NCBI GenBank assembly: GCA_963763775.1
Contig: CAVXPZ010000001.1
Coordinates: 192,001-256,000 of the forward strand
Length of the DNA stretch: 64,000 bases
Direction of reading: 5' to 3'
Source of the DNA: an uncultured Chloroflexia bacterium
Lineage (GTDB): Bacteria > Chloroflexota > Limnocylindria > Limnocylindrales > CSP1-4
Shown: piece after piece, positions 41,024 to 52,283 of the stretch
Numbering within the stretch: position 1 is the stretch's first letter
Layout of the letters: each line of letters opens with the position of its first letter
The notes under the pieces: generated by a model
Told to the model about the DNA's origin: nothing
Databases searched by the model: none
What the model saw: the letters and a program-made list of their open reading frames with translations, nothing else
Program-made: the position numbers and the translations under genes

Positions 41024-43060
41024 ATGCAGAAACGATTCTTGGGCATCGCAGCCACGGCGGTCATGATCGTGACGGCCTGTGGTGGTGCCACTTCCAGTTC
41101 GGCGCCTCCCGCGTCGAGCGGGACCGCCCCTTCGGCGTCCGCCTCGGCGGCGGCGAGCGAGTCCGCCGCCCCGACGGAGCAGACGATCACCTACGCGATC
41201 GACGCTGACGTCTCCGGCGGCCTGACCAATGCCGCGGACAACGTCCCGACGGCCCAGGCGGTCGGCTGGCTGTACGACGCGCTGTACCAGTTCGACAGCA
41301 CCCTGACTCCGCAGCCGAACCTCGCGGACGGCCTCGCCGAGATCAGCCCGGACGGCCTGACCTGGACCGTGAAGCTCCACCAGGGCGTCAAGTTCCACGA
41401 CGGCACGGACATGACGGCCGACGACGTCGTGCGGACGTACGAGCTGGCCCAGAGCCCGAACTGCACCTACAGCCCGGCCGTGTGCCTCGCGTCCTTCCTC
41501 GACAAGGTCGAGAAGGTCGACGACTACACGGTCAAGTTCACGCTCAAGCAGCCGCTCGCGACCTTCGCGACGATCTACCTGCCGGGCATCCTCATCGAGA
41601 GCAAGGACGCGATCGACGCCTCGTACGCGCGCTATCAGGCCGCGACGGCGGCCGTCACCGCGGCCGAGCTCAAGACGTTCCTCGACAAGGTGGCCGCCGA
41701 GGTCAAGACCCCGACCGGTCCGCCGGCCGAAGGCAGCACCGACAAGACGGTGAACTACGCGCAGTTCCAGGCCGAGGCCGAGGCCCTGCTCACGAAGGCC
41801 GGGCAGCCGCTGGCTGACAAGACCCTGTACCCGGATGCCGCGGGCACGGGCACGGACCTCAACGCCTACACCCAGGACAACATCGGCCGGCTCCAGACGA
41901 TGCAGACGGCCCAGACGGCCGGCGCCATCGATGCGCTCGCGGCCGCGTACAAGTACCTCGACATCCAGACGAACCCGGTCGGTCTCGGCACCGGTCCGTT
42001 CATGTTCAAGAGCTACAAGACCGGCGAGTCGATGGAGTTCGACAACAACCCGAACTACTTCAAGGGTGCGTCCCAGGTCAGCAAGATCTTCCTGCCGATC
42101 ATCAAGGACGACATCGCCGGTGGCCAGGCCCTCGCGGCCGGTCAGGTCGACTGGAAGTACTCGCTCGAAGGCGGCACGTACAACCAGATCAAGGACAACG
42201 CGGACCTCAAGTTCGCCGAGTACCCGGACTTCGGCTTCTTCGGCCTCTACTTCAACCAGCGCGAAGGCCAGCTCTTCGCCGACAAGAACCTCCGTCAGGC
42301 GGTCTCGTACTGCTTCGACAAGGAGGCCACGGCCAAGGCGGCCACCGACGACCTCGGTGTCGCGATCTACAGCGAGATCCCGCCGGCGTCGTGGGCCTAC
42401 CCGACCACCGGTCTGAACACGTACCCGATCGACCAGGCCAAGTCGAAGGCGCTCATCGAGTCCTCCGGCTGGAAGCTCGGTTCTGACGGCATCTACGAGA
42501 AGGACGGCAAGAAGCTGTCCACGGTCGTGGCGGTCCGCGCCGGACGCCCGAACCGCTCGAAGTGGATGCAGCTCATGTCGGACCAGGTCAAGCAGTGCGG
42601 GATCGACATCCAGTTCAAGGAAGTCGACTTCGGCGCGATCCTGAACATGCTGACCATCTACCCGCACATCAACGCGGCCGCGCCCGAGAAGGGCAAGCCG
42701 TTCGACGCCTACTTCGGTGGGTTCAGCACGGGCTATGACCCGGATCCGTTCAGCCTCTACGACTCGAGCCAGTGCTCGACCAAGGAGCAGCCGGATACCA
42801 ACAACTACATCTGCTACAAGAACCCCGAGGTCGACAAGGCGATCGCCGCCGGCCTCAAGGAGTTCGACCAGGCCAAGCGAGCCAAGATCTACCAGGACTA
42901 CGCGATCGTCCAGTCGAACGACCTCCCGGTCATCTACTCCTGGGCGGACATCGCGCATCAGGGGCTGCGCAAGACGGTCGACACGACCGCCGACGGCGGG
43001 TTCCAGCTCGATAGCCCGCAGTTCGCGTGGGAGACCCAGAAGGTCATCAACAAGAAGTAG
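41024..43060 (+). CDS. Peptide/nickel ABC transporter substrate-binding lipoprotein (family 5) with large insertion
   Basis: RBS GGAGG; lipobox VTAC; LHQGVKFHDGTDMTADDV, GTGPF, LRQAV, YKNPEVD. Confidence 0.92.
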   Translation: MQKRFLGIAATAVMIVTACGGATSSSAPPASSGTAPSASASAAASESAAPTEQTITYAIDADVSGGLTNAADNVPTAQAVGWLYDALYQFDSTLTPQPNLADGLAEISPDGLTWTVKLHQGVKFHDGTDMTADDVVRTYELAQSPNCTYSPAVCLASFLDKVEKVDDYTVKFTLKQPLATFATIYLPGILIESKDAIDASYARYQAATAAVTAAELKTFLDKVAAEVKTPTGPPAEGSTDKTVNYAQFQAEAEALLTKAGQPLADKTLYPDAAGTGTDLNAYTQDNIGRLQTMQTAQTAGAIDALAAAYKYLDIQTNPVGLGTGPFMFKSYKTGESMEFDNNPNYFKGASQVSKIFLPIIKDDIAGGQALAAGQVDWKYSLEGGTYNQIKDNADLKFAEYPDFGFFGLYFNQREGQLFADKNLRQAVSYCFDKEATAKAATDDLGVAIYSEIPPASWAYPTTGLNTYPIDQAKSKALIESSGWKLGSDGIYEKDGKKLSTVVAVRAGRPNRSKWMQLMSDQVKQCGIDIQFKEVDFGAILNMLTIYPHINAAAPEKGKPFDAYFGGFSTGYDPDPFSLYDSSQCSTKEQPDTNNYICYKNPEVDKAIAAGLKEFDQAKRAKIYQDYAIVQSNDLPVIYSWADIAHQGLRKTVDTTADGGFQLDSPQFAWETQKVINKK

Positions 43061-43067
43061 TCCCGTG

Positions 43068-43139
43068 CCGGGCCGGCTCCGCCGGCCCGGACGACCCGCA
43101 GATCCGGCCGCCGTCGCCCCGACCGGGGCGCCGGCGGCC
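43068..43139 (+). other. Two GC-rich stem-loops after the SBP gene (likely mRNA-stabilising or attenuating)
   Basis: CCGGGCCGGC-tcc-GCCGGCCCGG followed by GGCCGCCG...CGGCGGCC. Confidence 0.5.
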
Positions 43140-43185
43140 CACCTCCTTCGAAGGATCGATCGGACAGGAGCGGCGATAGCGGCGT

Positions 43186-44163
43186 ATGGCGACCTACGTG
43201 CTCCGACGGATCATCCAGTCGATCCCGATCATCATCGGGATCTCCCTCCTGATCTTCCTCATCGTCCAGCTGGCGCCTGGCAGCCCGGTCGACCGGTTCC
43301 GCAACCCGCGGATCTCGCCCGAGCAGCTCGCGGCGCTGACGCGGTTGTACGGCCTCGACAAGCCGTTGCCCCAGCAGTACATCAGCTGGATCACGGCCTT
43401 CTTCCAGGTCTGGCGACCCGACGCGTGGGGCTTCAGCTACACCGACGGCCAGCCGGTCCTCAAGAACGTCATGGACCGCGTGCCGGCCACCATGCTGCTG
43501 ATGGGCGCCGCGCTGATCGTCACGATCATCGTGTCCATCCCGGTCGGCATCCTCGCGGCGGTCCGCCAGTACAGCATGACCGACAAGGTGATCACCACGT
43601 TCGCGACGATCGGCTACGCGATGCCGTCGTTCCTGCTCGCGATCTACATCCTGTACTTCGGCGGCGTGGTGCTCTACCAGATGACCGGGTGGGGGTTCCC
43701 GCTCTTCGGGCGGCAGACGCTCGGCGGTGACGGCAACCCGCTCGACATCACGTACCACTTGATCCTGCCCGTGATCAGCCTCGCCATCGCCTCGATCGCC
43801 GGGTTCTCGCCGGTACATGCGCGCGAGCATGCTCGACGTGCTGCGCCAGGACTACGTCCGCACGGCCCGGGCCAAGGGCGCGGGCGGTCGACGGGTCATC
43901 GGCCGGCACGCGCTCCGCAACGCGCTGATCCCGATCGTCACGCTGCTCGGGCTCTCGATCCCGGCCCTGCTCGTCGGGCGCGGCCATCACCGAGGCCATC
44001 TTCTCGTGGCCCGGGGCTCGGCAGCCTCGACGATCGATGCCATCGGCAAGAGCGACTACCCGACCGTCTCGCGATGGCCATGCTCGGCGGGATCTTCGTG
44101 ATCCTCGGCAACCTGATCGCGGACATCCTCTACGGCGTGGTCGATCCGCGGATCAAGTACTAG
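43186..44163 (+). CDS. Peptide ABC permease (OppB/DppB-like), indels in the 3' third
   Basis: YVLRRI, YGLDKP, HLILPVI / [17 protein letters not shown] / [13 protein letters not shown] across frames. Confidence 0.85.
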   Translation: MATYVLRRIIQSIPIIIGISLLIFLIVQLAPGSPVDRFRNPRISPEQLAALTRLYGLDKPLPQQYISWITAFFQVWRPDAWGFSYTDGQPVLKNVMDRVPATMLLMGAALIVTIIVSIPVGILAAVRQYSMTDKVITTFATIGYAMPSFLLAIYILYFGGVVLYQMTGWGFPLFGRQTLGGDGNPLDITYHLILPVISLAIASIAGFSPVHAREHARRAAPGLRPHGPGQGRGRSTGHRPARAPQRADPDRHAARALDPGPARRARPSPRPSSRGPGLGSLDDRCHRQERLPDRLAMAMLGGIFVILGNLIADILYGVVDPRIKY

Positions 44164-44175
44164 CGAGGCAGCGGC

Positions 44176-45119
44176 ATGCAGAGCGCCGACGTCCGGACCG
44201 GCACCGGGACGATCCCGGTCGCCCACCGAGGTCGACGAGGTCGATCTCGTCCCCGTCCGCACGTACTGGCAGCTCGTTCGCCAGCGGTTCCTCCGCCACC
44301 AGCTCGCGGTCATCGGCTCGTCGTGACGCTGCTGATCATCATCATCGTCGCGATCGTCGTCCCGTTCGTGACCGGCGAACCAGTACCAGAAGACCAACCT
44401 CGCGCTGATCAACGCCGGCCCGACGCTCTCGGCGCCGCTCGGCTACGACGAGATCGGCCATCAACAAGTTCCTGCGCCTCGCCAAGGCGACGCCAGACGT
44501 CGCTGATCATCGGGTTCGCGTCGGTCATCCTGATCGTCGGGATCGGCGCCGCTCATCGGGTCGCTCGCCGGCTACTTCGGCGGCAAGATCGACAACGTGC
44601 TGATGCGACTCGTCGACGTCGTGCTGTCGCTCCCGTACCTTCTTCCTGATCCTGCTGATCGTGTCGTTCTTCGGGATCCGGCGACATCCGGGTCATCGTC
44701 ATCGCGATCGGCCATCACCGGCTGGACGACGGCCGCCCGGCTCGTGCGCGCCGAGTTCCTCCACCTGCGCGAGATGGACTTCGTCGCCGGCGGCGAAGGC
44801 CCTCGGCGCCTGCGAACCGCCGGATCATCACCCGCCACATGCTGCCGGGCGCGATGGCCCCGCTCGTCGTCGCCTGCTACGCTCGGCGTCGCCGACTCGA
44901 TCGTCGGCGAGGCGGCGCTGTCGTTCCTGGGCTTCGGCATCGCGCCGCCCGAGGCGAGCCTCGGCACATGCTCAACGGCTACCAGGACTACTTCTACCGC
45001 GCACCCGCAGCGGATCTTCTATCCGGGCCTCGTCCTCGTCGTGATCGTCCTGTGCGCCAGCTTCCTCGGCGACGGCCTCCGCGACGCCCTCGACCCGCGC
45101 CAGCGAGTCGAGAGTCGAC

Positions 45120-45123
<4 letters not shown>
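44176..45123 (+). CDS. Peptide ABC permease (OppC/DppC-like), multiply frameshifted
   Basis: Fragments LMRLVDVVLSLP, WTTAARLVRAEFL, EAALSFLGFG, LGDGLRDALDPR; boundaries approximate. Confidence 0.75.
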
Positions 45124-46194
<1,071 letters not shown>

Positions 46195-46204
46195 CGCGTC
46201 GACG

Positions 46205-47443
46205 ATGAGCGAGGCGAGCGGTGGACAGCCGTCGCCACGTCCGAGCCGCCCGTCGCCGACCGGCGCGTCCGACGACGTCCTGATCCGCGTCCGCGACGTC
46301 GTCAAGCACTTCGAGATCAGGGGCGGCCTGCTGGGCATCGTCGAAGGTCGGCGCCGTCCGGGCCGTCGACGGCGTCTCGTTCGACGGTCCGCGAGCGGCG
46401 AGACGCTCGGCCTGGTGGGCGAATCCGGCTGCGGCAAGACGACCCTCGGCAAGGTCATCCTGCGCCTGCTGCCGCCCACGTCGGGCGAGGTCACGATTCA
46501 AGGGCGAGCCGATCTTCGACGTCCCGAACCGCCGCGGAGAAGAAGGCCGGCGAGAAGCCGTTCTACGCCTCGAGCGCGAAGATGAAGACGATCCGCCGCG
46601 ATCTCCAGGTCGTCTTCCAGGACCCGTACGCCAGCCTCAATCCGCGCATGTCGGTCGGCGAGATCATCGGCGAGGGCCCGCTGGTCCACGGGATGACCGA
46701 CAAGACCAAGCGCGAGGCGCTCGTCCGCGAGCTGCTGGGCAAGGTGGGCCTCAACCAGAGCCACATCCACCGCTATCCGCACGAGTTCTCGGGCGGCCAG
46801 CGGCAGCGCATCGGCATCGCGCGAGCGCTCGCGGTGAACCCGGACTTCATCGTCTGCGACGAGCCCGTGTCGGCGCTCGACGTGTCGATCCAGAGCCAGG
46901 TCCTCAACCTGCTCGACGACCTCCAGAAGGAGTTCGGGCTGACGTACCTGTTCATCGCCCACAACCTCGCCGTCGTCGAGCACATCAGCGACCGGGTCGG
47001 CGTGATGTACCTCGGGCAAGATGGTCGAGCTCGCGAGCGTCGACGAGCTGTACTCGAACCCGCGCCACCCCTACACGGTGGCCCTCCTGTCGGCCATCCC
47101 GAACCCGAACCCGCGGCGTCCGCAAGAAGCGGCTCGTGCTCAAGGGCGACATCCCGTCGCCGGCGAGCGCCGCCGTCAGGCTGCCGGTTCCACACGCGCT
47201 GCTGGCTGCGCGAGCGGCTCGGGAACCCGGAGCGCTGCGTCGACCGAGGAGCCGGTCTTCCGCGATATCGCGCCCGGCCACCAGTCGGCGTGCCACTTCG
47301 CGGAGGAGATGACGACCGTGGGCGACGAGGTCGCGGCCGCGATCGGGACGACAGCGCCGCAGCGACCCGCGACCGCGCCGGCCGTCGAGGCCCCGCCGCC
47401 CCCGGTCATCCCGCCGACGCCGCCGAGCGCGCCGCCGGCCTGA
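46205..47443 (+). CDS. Peptide ABC ATPase (OppF/DppF-like), multiply frameshifted
   Basis: [59 protein letters not shown]. Confidence 0.8.
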
Positions 47444-47462
47444 TCGTGCCAGGGATCCCCGG

Positions 47463-47849
47463 TCAGCTCCCCATGCGGTCGATGTTGACCGTCCAGGTCG
47501 TGCAGCCCGGGTCGGCCTGGGTCAGCACGTAGGCGTCGTCGAGCACGTTGGACATGATCGAGTTGAAGGTCGGCAGGTTCGACTTCTTGGCGTAGGTGAA
47601 CCCCTTCGACTGCCCGGCGAGGGTGAAGTCGACGCTCTTGCAGTCGGGCGCGGACCAGCCGAAGCGATACAGACCGGACTGGAGCTGGAAGGGCGTCGCG
47701 GCCGTCTCGGGGGTCACGACGATCTTGGACTGGGCGGGCGCGAGGCTGCCGGCGGCCGCGGCGTCGTCACCGCCGCCGCCACACGCGGCGACCGCCATCA
47801 CGATCCCGATGAGGAGGCCGGCTCGGCGAAGGTGTCGCGGACGGATCAT
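47463..47849 (-). CDS. Hypothetical lipoprotein
   Basis: RBS GGAAAGGGAG; signal peptide with lipobox VAAC; two further Cys. Confidence 0.7.
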   Translation of the reverse strand: MIRPRHLRRAGLLIGIVMAVAACGGGGDDAAAAGSLAPAQSKIVVTPETAATPFQLQSGLYRFGWSAPDCKSVDFTLAGQSKGFTYAKKSNLPTFNSIMSNVLDDAYVLTQADPGCTTWTVNIDRMGS

Positions 47850-47899
47850 GGGGCTCCCTTTCCTGTTCGACCGGCTGTTGGCCGTCGGTCGAGACCGGC

Positions 47900-49003
47900 T
47901 CACGATGGTGGGGCTGCGGGTTGTCGGAAGTGGCATGCGACCAGGTGGTCCTGGCCGATGTCGACGAGCGCCGGGACGTCCGTGGCGCAGATGGCCGGAT
48001 CGCCCAGCTGCTGGCGCAGCGGGCAGCGCGGATGGAAGCGGCAGCCGGACGGCGGGTTCACCGGGCTGGGCACGTCGCCCTTGAGGATGACCCGCTGACG
48101 GCGCAGCTCCGGGTCGGGGATGGGGATGGCCGACATCAGCGCGTCCGTGTACGGGTGCTCCTGGTGGCGGAACAGCTCGCGGCGGTCGGCGAGCTCGGCG
48201 ATCCGCCCGAGGTACATGACCGCGACGCGGTCGCTGATGTGCTCGACCACGCCCATGTTGTGGGCGACGAAGACGTACGTGAGCCCGAGCTCGCGCTGCA
48301 GGTTCTTGAGCAGGTTCAGGACCTGGGCCTGGATCGACACGTCGAGCGCCGAGACCGGCTCGTCGCAGACGACGAGGTCGGGCTCGAGGACGAGCGCCCG
48401 CGCGATGCCGATGCGCTGGCGCTGGCCGCCGGAGAACTCGTGCGGATACCGGCGCGCGTGGTACGGCTGCAGCCCGACCATGTCCATGATCCGGCGGATC
48501 TTCGCCTCGCGCTCCTGGCTCGTGCCGAGCTGGTGGATCCGCAGACCCTCGCCGATGCTGTCCGCGATCGGGGTGCGCGGATCGAGGCTGGCGTACGGGT
48601 CCTGGAAGATGATCTGCATCCGGCGCCGGAACGGCTTGAGGTCGTTGCCCTTGAGCCCGGTGATGTCCTGGCCGTCGAACCGGATCGTGCCAGAGGTCGG
48701 CTCGATGAGGCGCAGCAGGAGCCGGCCGACCGTGGTCTTGCCGCAGCCGGACTCGCCGACGAGACCGAGCGTCTCGCCGCGCCGGACCTCGAAGCTGACG
48801 CCGTCGACCGCCTGGACCGTCCCGATCTGACGCTGGAGGATGCCGCCGCGGACCGGGAAGTGCTTCACGAGGTCGCGGACTTCGACGAGTGGCTGTTCAC
48901 CCGCGACGGTGACCGACCCGGTCGCCGCCGTGTGCGCCCCGAGCGCCCCCAGGGGCACAGGGACCGCCGTGGCGCCGTCAACGGGCATCGCCGGCTCGTT
49001 CAT
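47900..49003 (-). CDS. Peptide ABC ATPase (OppF/DppF-like)
   Basis: [34 protein letters not shown]. Confidence 0.94.
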   Translation of the reverse strand: MNEPAMPVDGATAVPVPLGALGAHTAATGSVTVAGEQPLVEVRDLVKHFPVRGGILQRQIGTVQAVDGVSFEVRRGETLGLVGESGCGKTTVGRLLLRLIEPTSGTIRFDGQDITGLKGNDLKPFRRRMQIIFQDPYASLDPRTPIADSIGEGLRIHQLGTSQEREAKIRRIMDMVGLQPYHARRYPHEFSGGQRQRIGIARALVLEPDLVVCDEPVSALDVSIQAQVLNLLKNLQRELGLTYVFVAHNMGVVEHISDRVAVMYLGRIAELADRRELFRHQEHPYTDALMSAIPIPDPELRRQRVILKGDVPSPVNPPSGCRFHPRCPLRQQLGDPAICATDVPALVDIGQDHLVACHFRQPAAPPS

Positions 49004-50127
49004 GCGGCTGGGCCGTCAGGTCGTGGCAGGACGCGTCCTGCGGTGTCGTGATAGAGCCAGCAACGGACGCGGTGGTCGGCGCCGACCGGCAGGAGCTCGG
49101 GATGGACCTCGGTGGCGATCCGCACGTCCTCCTCGACCCGGGCGGTGCAGCGCGGCGCGAACCGGCAGCCGCTCGGGAGGTCGATGAGGTTGGGCACGTT
49201 GCCCGGGATGACGGCCAGCTCGTCCTTGACATTGCCGACCACGGGGATCGAGCCGATCAGCCCCTGCGTGTAGGGATGCATCGGCCGCCGGAAGAGCGAG
49301 GTCACGTCGGTCTCTTCGACGATCTCGCCCGCGTACATCACGGCGACGCGGTCGCACATCTCGGCGACCACGCCGAGGTCGTGCGTGATGAGGATGATCG
49401 CCGTGCCGGTCTCGTCGCGGAGGTTGCGCATCAGGTCGAGGATCTGGGCCTGGATCGTGACGTCGAGCGCGGTGGTCGGCTCGTCGGCGATCAGCAGCTC
49501 GGGCTCGCACGCGAGCGCCATGGCGATCATCACGCGCTGGGCCATGCCGCCGGACATCTCGTGCGGGTACGCCTTCAGGCGTCGTTCGGGGTCCGGGATG
49601 CCCACCATGCGGAGCAACTCGAGCGCGCGGGCGTGCGCGGCCGTGCCCTTCATCCCGCGGTGGATGCGAAGGACCTCCTCGATCTGATGGCCGACGTCCC
49701 AGACCGGGTTCAAGGACGACGTCGGCTGCTGGAAGATCATGCTGATCCGGTCGCCGCGGATCTTGCGCATCTCGTCCTGGGACTCCTTGAGCAGGTCTCG
49801 CCCGTCGAAGATGACCTCCCCGGCATCGATGGTGCCGGGCTTGGCGACGAGGCGCAGGATCGAGAGGCTCGTCACGCTCTTGCCGCAGCCGGACTCGCCG
49901 ACGAGACCCATGATCTCGCCGCGATCGACGTGGAAGTCGATACCGTCCACGGCCCGGACGAGCCCGTCACGCGTCTTGAACGAGGTGTACAGGCCCTTGA
50001 CGTCGAGCAGGCGCTCCCCGGCCGGGCGACGATCGCGTCGGGCGCCCGGTGGGACCAGCTCCTCGATCGTGGTCTCGTCGAGGGCCGGGCCCAGGGTCGG
50101 CGTGGGGGACGTGTCGAGCGAGGTCAT
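49000..50127 (-). CDS. Peptide ABC ATPase (OppD/DppD-like)
   Basis: [33 protein letters not shown]. Confidence 0.94.
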   Translation of the reverse strand: MTSLDTSPTPTLGPALDETTIEELVPPGARRDRRPAGERLLDVKGLYTSFKTRDGLVRAVDGIDFHVDRGEIMGLVGESGCGKSVTSLSILRLVAKPGTIDAGEVIFDGRDLLKESQDEMRKIRGDRISMIFQQPTSSLNPVWDVGHQIEEVLRIHRGMKGTAAHARALELLRMVGIPDPERRLKAYPHEMSGGMAQRVMIAMALACEPELLIADEPTTALDVTIQAQILDLMRNLRDETGTAIILITHDLGVVAEMCDRVAVMYAGEIVEETDVTSLFRRPMHPYTQGLIGSIPVVGNVKDELAVIPGNVPNLIDLPSGCRFAPRCTARVEEDVRIATEVHPELLPVGADHRVRCWLYHDTAGRVLPRPDGPAA

Positions 50128-51104
50128 CGGTTGAGCCGCGGGTCGAGCGCGTCGCGCAGGCCGTCGCCGAGCAGGTTGAAGCCGAGGACCACCAGCGTGA
50201 TCGCGAGGCCGGGGAAGAAGATCAGGTGCGGCGCCGAGAAGAAGAGGTTGCGGTCGAGCGCGATCATCGACCCCCACTCCGCCTGGGGCGGCTGCGCGCC
50301 GAGGCCGATGAACGAGAGTGCGGCGACCTCGAGGATGGCGCCGCCGATGCCGAGCGTGCCCTGGACGATCGCCGGCGTGAGCGCGTTGGGGAGGACCCGG
50401 CGCATGAGGATGCCGCGTTGCGACTCCCCGAGGGCGCGCGACGCGGTCACGTAGTCCGTCTCCCGGACCGACAGGACCGATGCGCGCATGACCCGTGCGT
50501 AGATCGGGATGGCGACGATCGCGATGGCCATCTGGGCGTTGATGAGGCCGGGGCCGAGGACGGTCACGATGGCGATGGCGAGCACGAGGCTCGGGAACGA
50601 CAGGACCACGTCCATGATCCGCATCAGGACGTTGTCCGAGCGGCCGCCGAAGAACCCGGCCGCGGCCCCGATGACCGACCCGATGATGATGGCCAGGCCC
50701 ACGGTCAGGAACCCGATCTGCAGCGAGATCCTCGAGCCGTACAGGACGCGGCTGAACTCGTCGCGCAGGTTCGAATCCAGACCCATGATGTGCTGGGGCT
50801 GGGCCGCCGGACAGCCGAGCAGGTGGATGCACGGCGGGGCGCCGCGACGGCCGGCCTCCCCGAGGTCGAGCATCGAGAGGTCCGGCGGATACGGCGCGAT
50901 CACCGGGGCGAAGATCGCCACCAGGATCAGCGAGATCAGGATCGTCAACCCGACGATGGCCGAGCGTTGCCGGAGGATGTTCTTCGCGGTGTCGCGCCGG
51001 AGCGAGCTCGACTGGGGCTTCGCGACGACCTCGGGGGCGACGACGTCCTGGGCCTGCGCGTCGACGGCCGGCGCCTGCGGGTCGACGGTCGGGGAGACGC
51101 TCAT
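50124..51104 (-). CDS. Peptide ABC permease (DppC-like)
   Basis: RVLYGSRISL, MRIMDVVLSFP, AALSFIGLG, GDGLRDALDPR. Confidence 0.93.
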   Translation of the reverse strand: MSVSPTVDPQAPAVDAQAQDVVAPEVVAKPQSSSLRRDTAKNILRQRSAIVGLTILISLILVAIFAPVIAPYPPDLSMLDLGEAGRRGAPPCIHLLGCPAAQPQHIMGLDSNLRDEFSRVLYGSRISLQIGFLTVGLAIIIGSVIGAAAGFFGGRSDNVLMRIMDVVLSFPSLVLAIAIVTVLGPGLINAQMAIAIVAIPIYARVMRASVLSVRETDYVTASRALGESQRGILMRRVLPNALTPAIVQGTLGIGGAILEVAALSFIGLGAQPPQAEWGSMIALDRNLFFSAPHLIFFPGLAITLVVLGFNLLGDGLRDALDPRLNR

Positions 51105-52177
51105 GACAGCCGGATCCGCGGGTCGAGGAAGGCGTAGGACACGTCGACGACGAGGTTCACGACCAGGTAGATGATCGCGATCACGATCGTCACGCCCTGC
51201 ACGACACCGTAGTCGCGGCTCGAGATCGCCTCGAAGAGCGTCTTGCCCATGCCCGTGAGATTGAAGATCGTCTCGGTGAGGATGGCGCCCGACAGGAAGG
51301 CCCCGAGCGACAGGCCGATGACCGTCACCACGGGGAGCAGGGCGTTGCGCATCCCGTGGCGGACCACGACCGACTGCTCCTTGAGCCCCTTCGCCCGGGC
51401 GGTCCGGACGTAGTCGAGGCCCAGCACCTCGAGGAGGCTCGAGCGGGTCATCCGCGCGATGATCGCGAGCGGGATCGTCCCGACCGCGATCGCCGGCAGG
51501 ATCAGGTGCCGGCCGGCGTCGACGAGCTTGTCCCACTGGGCCGTGAGCAGGCTGTTGACGATGTACATGTTCGACACGAAGTCGAGGATCGCCCGGGGCG
51601 GCCCCTCGAGGTTCTGCATGCCCCAGGCGACCGCAAGCGGGGTGACGGTCACGCCCGGTGACAGCCGTCCCGACGGCGGGAGCGCGAACGGGGTGCCCTT
51701 CAGGAGCACGGCGAAGATGAACGCGAGCAGCAGGCCCAGGACGAAGACCGGCGTCGACACACCAAGGTTCGCGAAGACCATGGTGCCGACATCCGACGGC
51801 GAGTTGCGCCTCGTCGCGGAGACCACACCGAGGATGACCCCGAAGATCGCCGCGAACAGCAGCGCGAGGATCGTCAGCTCTACGGTGACCGGCAGTCGTT
51901 CCACGAGGATGTCGCTGACCGGCCGGCCGAGTCGGATGGATTCGCCGAGATCGCCCTGGAAGAGCGCCCCGACGTAGATCAGGAACTGCTGCCAGATCGG
52001 CTGGTCGAGGCCGTACCGGACGGCGAACTGGGCGCACAGCTGCGGGGTCGCCTTCTCCCCGTAGGTCGCCGTGCAGGGATCGCCGGGGATGACGCGGACG
52101 AGCACGAACACCAGCACGATGATCCCGAAGAGGACCGGGATGCTGGAGATCAGGCGGCGGACGATGAACTGCGCCAT
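51101..52177 (-). CDS. Peptide ABC permease (DppB-like)
   Basis: [36 protein letters not shown]. Confidence 0.94.
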   Translation of the reverse strand: MAQFIVRRLISSIPVLFGIIVLVFVLVRVIPGDPCTATYGEKATPQLCAQFAVRYGLDQPIWQQFLIYVGALFQGDLGESIRLGRPVSDILVERLPVTVELTILALLFAAIFGVILGVVSATRRNSPSDVGTMVFANLGVSTPVFVLGLLLAFIFAVLLKGTPFALPPSGRLSPGVTVTPLAVAWGMQNLEGPPRAILDFVSNMYIVNSLLTAQWDKLVDAGRHLILPAIAVGTIPLAIIARMTRSSLLEVLGLDYVRTARAKGLKEQSVVVRHGMRNALLPVVTVIGLSLGAFLSGAILTETIFNLTGMGKTLFEAISSRDYGVVQGVTIVIAIIYLVVNLVVDVSYAFLDPRIRLS

Positions 52178-52231
52178 CCGGTACTGCGCCTCGGATCGTC
52201 AGCGGACGCGATGCGCTCGCGCCCGGATTCG

Positions 52232-52262
52232 CGAAGGGCGCCGCCGGTGGCGGCGCCCTTCG
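52232..52262 (-). other. Perfect 14-bp stem-loop between the SBP and permease genes
   Basis: CGAAGGGCGCCGCC-ggt-GGCGGCGCCCTTCG. Confidence 0.6.
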
Positions 52263-52283
52263 ACGAGCGGTTCGGTTCGGTGC

